DNA of 64,000 nt from a virus. Its lineage: Duplodnaviria > Caudoviricetes. A model generated the notes under the pieces. The model saw nothing but the letters and a program-made list of their open reading frames with translations. It had not been told where the DNA came from and searched no databases. Positions 26,946 through 35,786 of this stretch are shown here, one piece after another. How positions within the stretch are numbered: position 1 is the stretch's first letter; every line of letters starts with the position of its first letter. The position numbers were made by a program, and so were the translations under genes. The stretch is taken from the IMG/VR virus record IMGVR_UViG_3300012984_000010; one strand, given 5' to 3'.

Positions 26946-27433
26946 CAGGCCAACACCCTAGACAGGAGGGATGAGAACCAGTTCTTCGGCTTGACCGGTA
27001 CCACAACCATTGGGGCATCTGGTGGTTGTGAAGTACCCTTCCCATACATCAATTCGTAAATCTGCAAAGGATCCCAAGTGTTGATGACCTGACGCTCTTC
27101 CTCAGTCCAGGTTTTGGCGTCCTCATTGATGCCAAAAGCTCTGTAGATGTGCCACGAAACTGTCTTTGGATACGGAGGTTCTGAACACTTAGCTTCCAAA
27201 TCCTGGTATGGGCGACCACGAAGAATAGCGTAGGCAATGTAGAGGTGTCGGAGCGAGTCTTGTGTACCGTTCACGTAGTCTAGACGTAGCTGATAGCGCT
27301 CTGGACCCGTATCAGCACTGGACGTGACACAGTTCTTCAGCTCATGCAGCTTGGTCCTAAGAACCGGCTTTTCAGCCGAAAGGTCTTTGATCTTCTGTCG
27401 AATGTGGGCAATCGCGGCTTTATGGGAATTCAT
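26945..27433 (-). CDS. Hypothetical protein, first gene after amber/RAPP leader
   Basis: 162 aa, RHLYIAYAILRGRPY..LE; SD AGGAG lies in a hairpin. Confidence 0.75.
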   Translation of the reverse strand: MNSHKAAIAHIRQKIKDLSAEKPVLRTKLHELKNCVTSSADTGPERYQLRLDYVNGTQDSLRHLYIAYAILRGRPYQDLEAKCSEPPYPKTVSWHIYRAFGINEDAKTWTEEERQVINTWDPLQIYELMYGKGTSQPPDAPMVVVPVKPKNWFSSLLSRVLA

Positions 27434-27526
27434 AATCGTCTCCTGTAGATAGCTAGTACACTGAATGGGGGCAGTGTACGCTACAGGAGGGGCTCGCGAC
27501 TTCGGACAATTCAGCTACAAGAACAT
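27434..27526 (-). promoter_or_regulatory. Translational attenuator leader: ATG TTC TTG TAG ... RAPP plus SD-sequestering hairpin
   Basis: Readthrough gives MFL*LNCPKSRAPPVAYTAPIQCTSYLQETI in frame with the 27433 ATG; stems CTCCTGTAG/CTACAGGAG and GTACACTG/CAGTGTAC. Confidence 0.75.
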
Positions 27527-27535
27527 GACCGCACC

Positions 27536-27564
27536 ATCCTACGTTCTTCCGCCCTAACTGTCAA
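27536..27564 (-). promoter_or_regulatory. Sigma70-type promoter
   Basis: TTGACA-17 nt-TAGGAT, 9 nt before the leader ATG. Confidence 0.75.
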
Positions 27565-27566
27565 GA

Positions 27567-27947
27567 TCAACGATGGTATATTTCTACAGGGATGTAGGGC
27601 GAAGCTTCCAACAGCAATTCGTGCATGTGTCGACTACCCTTCCCCAACCCTTTATCCTTGTGGAAGCACACGGCTAGGTCAAAATAGGTGCCGTCCGTGA
27701 AGGGGTGTTCGGTTTTCAGCATATGCTCGTTACGCAAGGGACCGGCCGAGGGCCAGGTTCTCCCATCTGCCTCGGCTGGGTAAGCCCTCACGATGAAACC
27801 TAGACGCTTGCCTACGTAGCCTCCGATCCGGTCAGCTCCCTGACAATCCCCGTGGATCAAAGTACTACCACCAGGCAGCCGGCCCAACACCTCTTCTATT
27901 GAGCGCTGTTCGACCCACTTTCTGGAACCAAAAATCAGTACTTTCAT
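27567..27947 (-). CDS. SLOG-family (DUF2493/YspA-like) protein
   Basis: VLIFGSR.W...LIHGDC.GAD..G...AGPLRN..ML. Confidence 0.8.
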   Translation of the reverse strand: MKVLIFGSRKWVEQRSIEEVLGRLPGGSTLIHGDCQGADRIGGYVGKRLGFIVRAYPAEADGRTWPSAGPLRNEHMLKTEHPFTDGTYFDLAVCFHKDKGLGKGSRHMHELLLEASPYIPVEIYHR

Positions 27948-27988
27948 CTAGTTACCTTACACCAATCACAACTGGTGTAAGGGTCAGC

Positions 27989-28228
27989 ATGCTCCCCAAC
28001 ACTCCCAAAACACGTGACCTCATCAACAATTTCACACAGGACTTGATTGTGCTCGTCCGAGAAGCCTTGCTGGAAGAGGTTCACCTTCGTCTAAAAGAAC
28101 GGAATGCTCAGCCAGCTCTGTCGACGGGCAAACCCCTCAAGAGGTTGGCAGCCAAGCCGACTGTGAAGGCTCTCAAGCCAAAGGCTCGAATCAAAGCTGT
28201 TCCAACCCCCATGTTGATGGCCGTCTAG
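27989..28228 (+). CDS. Hypothetical Lys-rich protein
   Basis: Preceded by GGTGTA motif; followed by hairpin terminator. Confidence 0.55.
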   Translation: MLPNTPKTRDLINNFTQDLIVLVREALLEEVHLRLKERNAQPALSTGKPLKRLAAKPTVKALKPKARIKAVPTPMLMAV

Positions 28229-28293
28229 GGAACAATATTCCACGTGGAAAGGCTCTGTCGGGATCACCCTGCAGAGCCTTTCACATTTTGTTC

Positions 28294-28321
28294 TTAACTT
28301 CCCCCAAACTCTTCCGTTCTA
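28294..28321 (+). promoter_or_regulatory. Class I promoter-like motif (representative copy)
   Basis: TTAA-N15-TCCGTTCTA, 6 nt before ATG 28328. Confidence 0.75.
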
Positions 28322-28327
28322 TCCTGC

Positions 28328-28672
28328 ATGAACCAAATAACCGTCCCCTCGAAGCAAATCGCTTGGTTGACCCGACCGGCCTTCACTAGCCGGAAGCGTG
28401 AAGCAGTTCTGCACGTTGCCAATCAGGTGACGTTCCACAACACGTTCTGGGACGGCGGTAGCAAGAATACCTACAAGGCTGTCAAGATCGAAGACGGCAA
28501 GGTTGCTTCACTCGAAACTGGTTCGTCTCCTTGGACGGCTATTGCAGAAGGTAAGACCGTTACCCTGGAACCTGGGGTCGTGATTGTCGAAGAATCTATC
28601 TTCTGCGGTAAAGTTATGAAACTGCACGTGTACATTCACCCCTCAAACGTCGCTCCTTTGCTCAACCCCTGA
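28328..28672 (+). CDS. Hypothetical protein
   Basis: 114-aa ORF after class I motif. Confidence 0.7.
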   Translation: MNQITVPSKQIAWLTRPAFTSRKREAVLHVANQVTFHNTFWDGGSKNTYKAVKIEDGKVASLETGSSPWTAIAEGKTVTLEPGVVIVEESIFCGKVMKLHVYIHPSNVAPLLNP

Positions 28673-28680
28673 GGTTCCTC

Positions 28681-29346
28681 ATGGATTCTACCAATCACCA
28701 ACACCCGTCTTACGGGCTCGTCTCCTTCAGCCGTTGTTCAGGCAACCCGAAGTTGTTCGGCTCCTCGCTGGACACACATTACAACTACATCAAACTTTCG
28801 ATCAAACACGGTGTGTTGTGTCGATCTGATTCGGGAGATTCCTTCACCGGTCCCTCTGATGGGGATATCCTCGAAGTCCTGTTGTCGTTGTCCCAGTACG
28901 CCGAGCTGCTGACGACCATGAATTGCGGTCTGGGCACTCCTTGCACCATCTCACGGATCAATCGTCAGAAGATCGAACCGCCACCGGACGATCTGATGTC
29001 TGAGACAGACAACATCAAGGCCGAGTTCAGGAAACGTATCCAGGGCATGGTGGCAAGCCTCGCCAAACACCAGGCCGACTTCAAAGAGACGATGTCCAAG
29101 AAGGCCCTTACAAAGGCTGATCGGGACGCTGCCTCGAAAATCCTGGATCGTGCCATTCAAGAGATCGCCGACAACTCCCCACACTTTCTGGCGATGTTCG
29201 AGGAAGCAGCCGGCAAAGTAGTCGCTACCGCGAAAGCGGAAGTGGCCACTTTCATGGCCCTCACCACCAAAGAACGTCCGCCAACGCTGGAGGATATCGA
29301 AAATGTTACCCCAGCCTTGCCAGCCAGCACCGAAACTGGTGTATGA
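28681..29346 (+). CDS. Hypothetical protein
   Basis: 221-aa ORF, HPSYG...LFGS. Confidence 0.7.
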   Translation: MDSTNHQHPSYGLVSFSRCSGNPKLFGSSLDTHYNYIKLSIKHGVLCRSDSGDSFTGPSDGDILEVLLSLSQYAELLTTMNCGLGTPCTISRINRQKIEPPPDDLMSETDNIKAEFRKRIQGMVASLAKHQADFKETMSKKALTKADRDAASKILDRAIQEIADNSPHFLAMFEEAAGKVVATAKAEVATFMALTTKERPPTLEDIENVTPALPASTETGV

Positions 29347-29468
29347 CATACCCAGCTAGGGTTGTTGACTGGCCCACCCCTCAACCACAACAACCCTAGC
29401 TAACTCTAAGTCCTCTGGCGTGGCGCTTCCTTCCCAAAGCTGATACACGTCAGAGGCAATTATTTACC

Positions 29469-29933
29469 ATGGACGAGATAGCATTCACCAGCGTCAGATT
29501 ACCGTTCGGTTGGTTGGGCAACATGTCGCCCTTCCCGCTCGAATATGACGGCCTTCTCTGGAGGACCTCAGAAGCGTTGTTCCAAGCCAGAAGGTTCGGC
29601 AACGAGCTGAGTATTCGTGAGCTGATCCGTGCTGAGAAATCGCCAATGGCAGCCAAGATGGTGGCAAAGAAGTACCACCACTTGATGCAGCTCAAACCGT
29701 GTAGCCCAGAAGATGTGTCGATGATGTCAGAGGTTCTGAACCTCAAGCTGACCCAACACCCGAATCTCCAAGACCAACTTAAGGCAACCTCAGGTCGCCA
29801 GATCATAGAAGATTGTACCAAGCGTCAGCATGGTACTGGTTTGTTTTGGGGAGCTGCCCGACAGGCAGATGGCAGCTGGGAAGGCGCCAACACCCTGGGA
29901 CATCTCTGGATGCGCATTAGAGACACATTATAA
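29469..29933 (+). CDS. NADAR (YbiA-like) family protein
   Basis: GWLGNMSPFP, TSEALFQA.RF, KLTQHP.L, FWG, G.N.LG.LWM.IR. Confidence 0.9.
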   Translation: MDEIAFTSVRLPFGWLGNMSPFPLEYDGLLWRTSEALFQARRFGNELSIRELIRAEKSPMAAKMVAKKYHHLMQLKPCSPEDVSMMSEVLNLKLTQHPNLQDQLKATSGRQIIEDCTKRQHGTGLFWGAARQADGSWEGANTLGHLWMRIRDTL

Positions 29934-30053
29934 GTGGTGGTTCTGAATCAGTCACCAAGGAAACCGGTGACTGTGGTTGGGCTTCGGCTATACCTTGGAG
30001 GCTGATTTAGAACTACCACTTAACTTCGCTGGTGTTGGTCCGTTATACCCAGT

Positions 30054-30650
30054 ATGAACCGAGCCGAATTCTTCGCCAAACTGGACCCTTTTTTCTCTCC
30101 TACCAGTCTGCTACAGATTCAGGTGGCCTACACGTTCGCCAAGTTCGGCCATCGGGCTCAGGTGCGGAAAGAGAAGGATGAGTCTGGCAAGCCCCTTCGG
30201 TACTTTGAGCACGTTCGACGGGTAGCGGTCAACGTTATCGACGATGCCAGGATCCCCCTCCCAGAATTGGTGGTGGCGGGACTGATCCACGATGGTATCG
30301 AGGATACACGAGACCTGACCCCAGAGATGATCCAACACCTCTTTGGGGAAGATGTGGTGCGGATCGTCAAGACTCTGTCCAAAGTGCCGGAACAAGGTTA
30401 TTTGGAACGATTCTATCTGTCGACTGATTGGCGTGCCTACGTCGTCAAAGCGTGTGACCGTCTCGACAATCTCAGGTCTTTGGGCGCCGCCTCTGCGGAA
30501 TTTCAGGCAAAACAGATCAAAGAGACTCGGGAGAAGTACTATCCGCTGTTCGACCGGATGGTTGAGCTTACCCCTCCAGAGTACCTAGCTAGGGTTCGAA
30601 ACCTTCGAGATCTGGTGATCAAGCAGACGGAAGGCCACCGTATTCCTTAG
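30054..30650 (+). CDS. RelA/SpoT-type HD hydrolase (Mesh1/SAH-like)
   Basis: FA.FGH..Q.RK...Y.EH..RVA, LIHD.IED, VKACDRLDNLR. Confidence 0.85.
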   Translation: MNRAEFFAKLDPFFSPTSLLQIQVAYTFAKFGHRAQVRKEKDESGKPLRYFEHVRRVAVNVIDDARIPLPELVVAGLIHDGIEDTRDLTPEMIQHLFGEDVVRIVKTLSKVPEQGYLERFYLSTDWRAYVVKACDRLDNLRSLGAASAEFQAKQIKETREKYYPLFDRMVELTPPEYLARVRNLRDLVIKQTEGHRIP

Positions 30651-31258
30651 CTGTTTCTACCTTCGTAGGACTTAGCTACCGAGAACCTGGGGGATGCGTA
30701 TCCGGTCCCATAGACCCAGATCCAGGCCCCGTGCGTGCGGACACCGTAGCTTCCGACCTCGACACCATTCAGCTCCAGATCAAAACCCATGTCCATAGCT
30801 ATGGGGGTCACTTCTAAGGTAGATGTCCCAGCTATCGATCCAAAGAACGTTTTGGCGTCATTGATCATCTGCTCCAATGCGGAACAGGCCCAAAGGCCTT
30901 TCTTACCACCACGGCTGAGAGCGATGTCTCGGTGAATCTCTATCAACTCGACCTTCATGAAGGCTCGTTGATGTTCCTGATCTAGGCGATCGTCCCTGAA
31001 GCAGGGGGTGACCGCCACATACTTGCCGTCCAGCTTCTGCTCGTCCACAACCGTCATCTGGATGAACGATTGCTCGGCCGAACCAACCAGATCTCCAAAG
31101 ACGCAGGAAATTGGAACGTGGTCCTCAGGGAGAGTTTTCAGTATCGCCTCGCGACTGACCAGCCAAGGCACCTCCAAGTATCTGTATCCAGCCTTGGTGT
31201 AGAATGAGACCGCCTCGGCAATGTGTTGCCAGTCGATCGGAAACACCTCCCTAGTCAC
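30647..31258 (-). CDS. Stand-alone class II aminoacyl-tRNA synthetase catalytic-core-like protein
   Basis: GSAEQ, PCFRDD (motif 2), FMKVEL, EVGSYG, GTG...PR (motif 3); no anticodon-binding domain. Confidence 0.75.
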   Translation of the reverse strand: MTREVFPIDWQHIAEAVSFYTKAGYRYLEVPWLVSREAILKTLPEDHVPISCVFGDLVGSAEQSFIQMTVVDEQKLDGKYVAVTPCFRDDRLDQEHQRAFMKVELIEIHRDIALSRGGKKGLWACSALEQMINDAKTFFGSIAGTSTLEVTPIAMDMGFDLELNGVEVGSYGVRTHGAWIWVYGTGYASPRFSVAKSYEGRNS

Positions 31259-31575
31259 TTCCGATCTCCTGATTCGAAGGCCCGCCTGGTGGCGGCCGCC
31301 ATCTTGGCCAACTCTCCCATATCGGTCCCCAACTGTTCGGCCACTCCTTCCAGAGCTCCGTACAGGTCCGCCAGCTCGCACAGGGCTAGGATACTATTCC
31401 GCTGTTCGAGCGCCTCCTCTAGCTCGTCCAATTCCTCGCGAATCTTCGAGGTCTGCCCATACGTGCCTCGGACGGTGATTGGGCGTAGATGGTAGCCTGG
31501 TTTGGGTTGGTCGGGGAACAACGGAACTGATGAAGCCAACTCATCAGTTCCGACAGGGAGGGTTCTGAACGACAT
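31255..31575 (-). CDS. MazG-like NTP pyrophosphohydrolase
   Basis: KIREELDEL....ELADLYG. Confidence 0.7.
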   Translation of the reverse strand: MSFRTLPVGTDELASSVPLFPDQPKPGYHLRPITVRGTYGQTSKIREELDELEEALEQRNSILALCELADLYGALEGVAEQLGTDMGELAKMAAATRRAFESGDRK

Positions 31576-31608
31576 CCCGCCATTACACCGTGCTGGTGTA
31601 CGATTAAC

Positions 31609-31914
31609 ATGCCCGAACTGGATCCCAGCGTCTGTTACGTCTGCTGTCGGAAGAAAAAACCTACATACGCCAATTTAGGTCTGTGTCGGTTCTGCTATCA
31701 ATCATTGGTGCGCACCGATGGGGCGTTGTCCAATCGTGTAGCATCGATGATGTGGGCTGCCGATCGAGCTAGGAAGGCGCAACGTAAACCGTCCGTTAAA
31801 GCAACGAAATTGCTGAATAAACTGATCAAGACATCTAAAACACCAGCTCCTGTGGACTTGAGCAAGCTCGACCCCTCTTTCTTGGCTAAAGTATTTGCAG
31901 AATCAGGTGAATGA
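31609..31914 (+). CDS. Hypothetical zinc-finger-like protein
   Basis: CxxC...CxxC; divergent TACACC/GGTGTA motif upstream. Confidence 0.55.
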   Translation: MPELDPSVCYVCCRKKKPTYANLGLCRFCYQSLVRTDGALSNRVASMMWAADRARKAQRKPSVKATKLLNKLIKTSKTPAPVDLSKLDPSFLAKVFAESGE

Positions 31915-32612
31915 TGATCAAATATCCCAAGACACCTCGCCTCAAGTCTGTGCTGGAAGACGACAAGCTGCTCAAGTCGTGGCGCAAACATCATACCGTC
32001 ATCTCGGAAAAACTAGATGGGGCGAACGCTGGCATCAGCTTCAGTCCAGAGGGTCTGCTGATGCTCCAAAGCCGGGGCCACGTCCTCACAGGAGGCCATA
32101 GGGAGCGTCAATTCGAACTTTTCAAGCAGTGGGGGCACGGCAATCTGCAGGCCCTCTACGGGGCACTGGGGGACCGTTATGTGCTATTTGGAGAATGGCT
32201 CTATGCCAAGCACAAGATCTTCTACGACGCCCTACCAGGGTACTTCGTCGAGTACGATGTCTACGACAAGGAGAAAGAACACTTCATGTCGACCGAACGG
32301 CGGGCCCAGCTGATTGGGCAACTAGGTATCCCTCCAGCTCCTATCCTTCATCAAGGCACGTTCGGCAAGATCAATAGTTTTGCCAAGTACATAGGAGATT
32401 CGGCTTTCAAGACGGTCGAGTGGAAGCGACATCTTGAATCGTTGGAAGGAACAGATGACTCAACCTTGATGGAGGGTATCTACATCAAGGTTGAAGATGA
32501 AGAGAAGGTGGTTGGCCGAATCAAGTTCCCTCGCCCTGAATTCGAGAAAATAAGGGACGACAACACCGACTGGCTGCGTCGGCCGATCATCAAGAATCTA
32601 CTTCAGGGGTGA
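31911..32612 (+). CDS. ATP-dependent RNA ligase family protein
   Basis: KYPKTPRL, EKLDGAN (motif I), FGEW, FVEYDVY, EGIYIK. Confidence 0.88.
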   Translation: MMIKYPKTPRLKSVLEDDKLLKSWRKHHTVISEKLDGANAGISFSPEGLLMLQSRGHVLTGGHRERQFELFKQWGHGNLQALYGALGDRYVLFGEWLYAKHKIFYDALPGYFVEYDVYDKEKEHFMSTERRAQLIGQLGIPPAPILHQGTFGKINSFAKYIGDSAFKTVEWKRHLESLEGTDDSTLMEGIYIKVEDEEKVVGRIKFPRPEFEKIRDDNTDWLRRPIIKNLLQG

Positions 32613-32893
32613 CAGAGGTCACATGCGGGGCTACTGCAGGCACAGTAAACACCAGCGGTAGTCTTGACCATATCGGGAGGTAGTGATACGGCCTTCAAAG
32701 CAGGAAAGGGCAACGATAGTTGCGGACAACTCTCGTGTTGAGCGATGAAGCTTTCCGAATCGGTCATCACCTGCCCCAGCGGAATAGGAAGTTTCAGTGG
32801 TTCCTCTGTGCCGCATTGTCTGCAATGAAATACTGGCGGTTGAACGTCACACTTGAGTACGATATGTGGAGCCCATTCTCGGATATCTTGCAC
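32603..32893 (-). CDS. Hypothetical Cys-rich protein
   Basis: 96-aa ORF. Confidence 0.5.
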   Translation of the reverse strand: MQDIREWAPHIVLKCDVQPPVFHCRQCGTEEPLKLPIPLGQVMTDSESFIAQHESCPQLSLPFPALKAVSLPPDMVKTTAGVYCACSSPACDLCHP

Positions 32894-32939
32894 AGGAGGC
32901 CTCTCTAGTTGGGGAGTTTGATCTACACCATTCGGTGTA

Positions 32940-33278
32940 TTGATTGATTGTCACATGGCTACTATTCCAGACGAACACAAGAATCTTGATCATATCAACC
33001 TGTTGGGGTGGTACGATCAGAAAGGTACTGCCTATCTATCCACGTGGGAGGGAGAGGGACAGATTGTGAACGTTGTGATCCTAGGTTTGAACGGGCGCGA
33101 CATGCCTCTGTGGAGGACGGCTGTGCCGGACGGATGTGAACTAGAGGTGATCCCTCCTGAGATCACTAGGAAAGACTTCGTCGCATACGCAACCCAGCGC
33201 AACGGAGTCTATGCTTTCGGATTCTATTGCCCTAAAGGGGTGGTTCGATGGAAGTGGGTTGATGACCCTGCTTGCTAG
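32940..33278 (+). CDS. Hypothetical protein
   Basis: After GGTGTA motif. Confidence 0.55.
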   Translation: MIDCHMATIPDEHKNLDHINLLGWYDQKGTAYLSTWEGEGQIVNVVILGLNGRDMPLWRTAVPDGCELEVIPPEITRKDFVAYATQRNGVYAFGFYCPKGVVRWKWVDDPAC

Positions 33279-33469
33279 ATCCGTCATCAGGCCAGCGTCC
33301 TCACCGGGTTTATCGGAGCTTCTAGATCACCCTTTCCAAGCTACGCCTTTCAACGTGTGGTTTTAATCCGCTTTCGCAGACAAGGGATTTTCTAAAGATC
33401 CACCTGCTCAACTGACCTGATGACTAAGCTCGCCCACGTCTAGCTCGCAACGAACCTAGCTGTAGTGTA

Positions 33470-33679
33470 TCACAGTTTGGGTCGCTTGGAAACAAGTTCG
33501 AACTCAGCACTAGAAGGATCGTACTTGTAGGTGTAGCCGTTGTAGGTATTCTTGAGGAGCAGATATTCGAGCTGTTCCGCTTTCCTACGAATGTAGGTCT
33601 CGGCTGACAATTCATCCTGAAACATAGTGACGAGACGTCCCCTTAGGTCCAACACCCAGAATTGGAAAATCCAACGCAT
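33470..33679 (-). CDS. Hypothetical protein
   Basis: Coupled ORF. Confidence 0.5.
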   Translation of the reverse strand: MRWIFQFWVLDLRGRLVTMFQDELSAETYIRRKAEQLEYLLLKNTYNGYTYKYDPSSAEFELVSKRPKL

Positions 33680-34143
33680 TAGGTCTTCGGCTTAGAACTG
33701 GGCTTGCGGCACGGTTCTTGTTTGGGGTCCGACAAGAACCGCCCCCGCTTGTCTAGCTCGACCGCCACCTTGAGGGCCCGCAGAGCCTTGCGGAATTCTG
33801 GCCTTTTAGCCCATCTGTTGGCCAACCGCTCGGTATTCCAACATTGAACCCGTGGCCAGGCGCCGACAGGGAACAGCTGCCCTCCGATAGGGCAAGCTTT
33901 TGCTGATGTTAGCTGACACCCAAATCGGGGGGTTTCCGACATAGGATCGACAATTCGGGCCGGCATACAGCAGAAAGGGCATCTGGCCGGCAGGTCCTCA
34001 GGGCCGTGAACCCATACAAATTCGGCCTCATCCCCTTGGGCGTAGCAAGCCGTCAAACTCTTATGGCAGATAGTGCAATACATCGAATAGCCGGTTCTCA
34101 GGCTATAATTCGTGTAGGGAACTTCTCCACAACAAGTTTTCAT
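33679..34143 (-). CDS. Hypothetical Cys-rich protein
   Basis: Multiple CxxC. Confidence 0.55.
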   Translation of the reverse strand: MKTCCGEVPYTNYSLRTGYSMYCTICHKSLTACYAQGDEAEFVWVHGPEDLPARCPFCCMPARIVDPMSETPRFGCQLTSAKACPIGGQLFPVGAWPRVQCWNTERLANRWAKRPEFRKALRALKVAVELDKRGRFLSDPKQEPCRKPSSKPKT

Positions 34144-34179
34144 GGGATGTTTTTACACCGTCTAGGGAGGAGGTCCCCA

Positions 34180-34449
34180 ATGGAATTTAGAGCGGACACG
34201 AACCTGCCTGAGGAAGAGTTGCTGGAGATCGGCACGTACCTGGGCGGAATCCTCGCCAATGAGTTGAAGCGTAACCCTTCAGAAGTAAGGGTCAGGGTTG
34301 AGATGCAGGAGTCTCCGGAAGATCCTGAAACTATCGACATCCTCTACCATATCAGCATCAACAACCAACCTCCGAACGATCTGGAACTGTACCAAGCCCA
34401 CCAGCTCTTTGAGAAGTTGATGGGTTACGAAGAAACGATGCTCAATTGA
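34180..34449 (+). CDS. Hypothetical protein
   Basis: GGAGG SD before ATG 34180. Confidence 0.6.
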   Translation: MEFRADTNLPEEELLEIGTYLGGILANELKRNPSEVRVRVEMQESPEDPETIDILYHISINNQPPNDLELYQAHQLFEKLMGYEETMLN

Positions 34450-34726
34450 CCGATTGTGGTCGTAGGGCACCTTTGGCTTCTAGGATAACCCTCTCTTCTA
34501 CGGTGAAAAGGTTGGCTGGAAGAAGACTCATTACAAATTCTTCCTTAGCCAGCCTCCCTTCACTGACCTGCTGGGCCGCAGCTTGAAGCCTATCCCAAAC
34601 AGGCTTCTGCAAACCCTCTGGTAACTGTTTGATCATGTCACCAATGGCATCAACAATGTCGGTTGCCTTGAGACTCATGTTGCCTTTTTTCGGGCCTGTA
34701 GGGTCAGTTGACGGATACCTAGGCAT
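34442..34726 (-). CDS. Hypothetical protein
   Basis: Helical ORF. Confidence 0.55.
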   Translation of the reverse strand: MPRYPSTDPTGPKKGNMSLKATDIVDAIGDMIKQLPEGLQKPVWDRLQAAAQQVSEGRLAKEEFVMSLLPANLFTVEERVILEAKGALRPQSVN

Positions 34727-34986
34727 TCTTGGACCACCGCAGTAGAGGCGGCGTCAATGTCGGCTGCCGATTCTGGAGTGATACCTTTCTCCAGCAAATC
34801 GATCAATCGGGTGGATTGCTCTCGAACGGCTCTAGCCCTCTTTAGGCTTTCCTGAGAAGGGAGAGTTTTCAACACACCATGGGCGCCGTCCAGAATGTGG
34901 GAAGCAGCCTCGAAACGCTTTCGAGCTTCCTCGGCATCAGTACCAGGGATTGTTGGGAGCACGCTGCTGTTACGGCGTCGATACAT
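34675..34986 (-). CDS. Hypothetical protein
   Basis: Helical ORF. Confidence 0.55.
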   Translation of the reverse strand: MYRRRNSSVLPTIPGTDAEEARKRFEAASHILDGAHGVLKTLPSQESLKRARAVREQSTRLIDLLEKGITPESAADIDAASTAVVQECLGIRQLTLQARKKAT

Positions 34987-35459
34987 GATAGGGTCCTTTG
35001 AGCAATTTTCTCATACGACACCATACGGCCGTCCTCTATCGTGACTTAAGGAGCCAGGTATTACAGGTGTATCGAAATAATCAAGTCCCAATCACCACCA
35101 AGATCCCTAGTACCACACAAGCGGCCATGAACCCGTGCCAGAAACCCTCTTTGTAGTTCTCCATGGGCGCCACGATAATCTAGGCGGTCTTGAGGGCCAA
35201 GTTTTGGTGTAAGTTGTAAGCAATCCAGAAACGTCGGGGCTGCTTTGGTTTCTGGGGCTGTTGTTGGTCCAGCCCGACCGGCAACGAGATTCTGCATGTC
35301 CAATTTAGACCCGACTGAACGCCAGTCAGAGAAAGACTCTTCCCGAGAGGCGGATGAAATAGCGCTTACCAGGGGGACACCTCCTAGCGAGATAGAAGCC
35401 AAGAATGCTTTCTTGCTCGCTAGCCGAACAATCATACACTGGAAGCGTTCCAAACCTCT

Positions 35460-35711
35460 ATGAACTATCTAGGCTGGCTGGGAGCCGCTCTTTTCACTTT
35501 CGCATCCGTCCCCCAAGTGATCAAAGTTTGGAGGGAAGGGCACGCCCGTGGAATGTCCTGGGGCTACTTGTTGCCCATATGGGTAGGTTTTTGGTGCATG
35601 GGGGTCTACACGATCCAGACCCGTGCTGGTGTAGCTTTGACATACAGCTATACGTTACAGCTCGTCGCCTTCACAGCGATGATTGTCAGAAAACGATTCC
35701 CCAGAGCCTAA
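35460..35711 (+). CDS. PQ-loop/SemiSWEET-like membrane protein
   Basis: ASVPQVIKVWR...GMS, three hydrophobic segments. Confidence 0.8.
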   Translation: MNYLGWLGAALFTFASVPQVIKVWREGHARGMSWGYLLPIWVGFWCMGVYTIQTRAGVALTYSYTLQLVAFTAMIVRKRFPRA

Positions 35712-35786
35712 TCCTTTGGTGTATACTCTATTACGGGTCATCATACCCCAAGGAGAAATCGGAACCTCCGGTTGAAGTAAGTCAGA

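Noticed and set aside
33276-33395. Readthrough of the TAG ending 32940-33278 into a further 38 codons
   Set aside because: The frame stays open but there is no recognisable domain continuity, so it cannot be supported without homologs.
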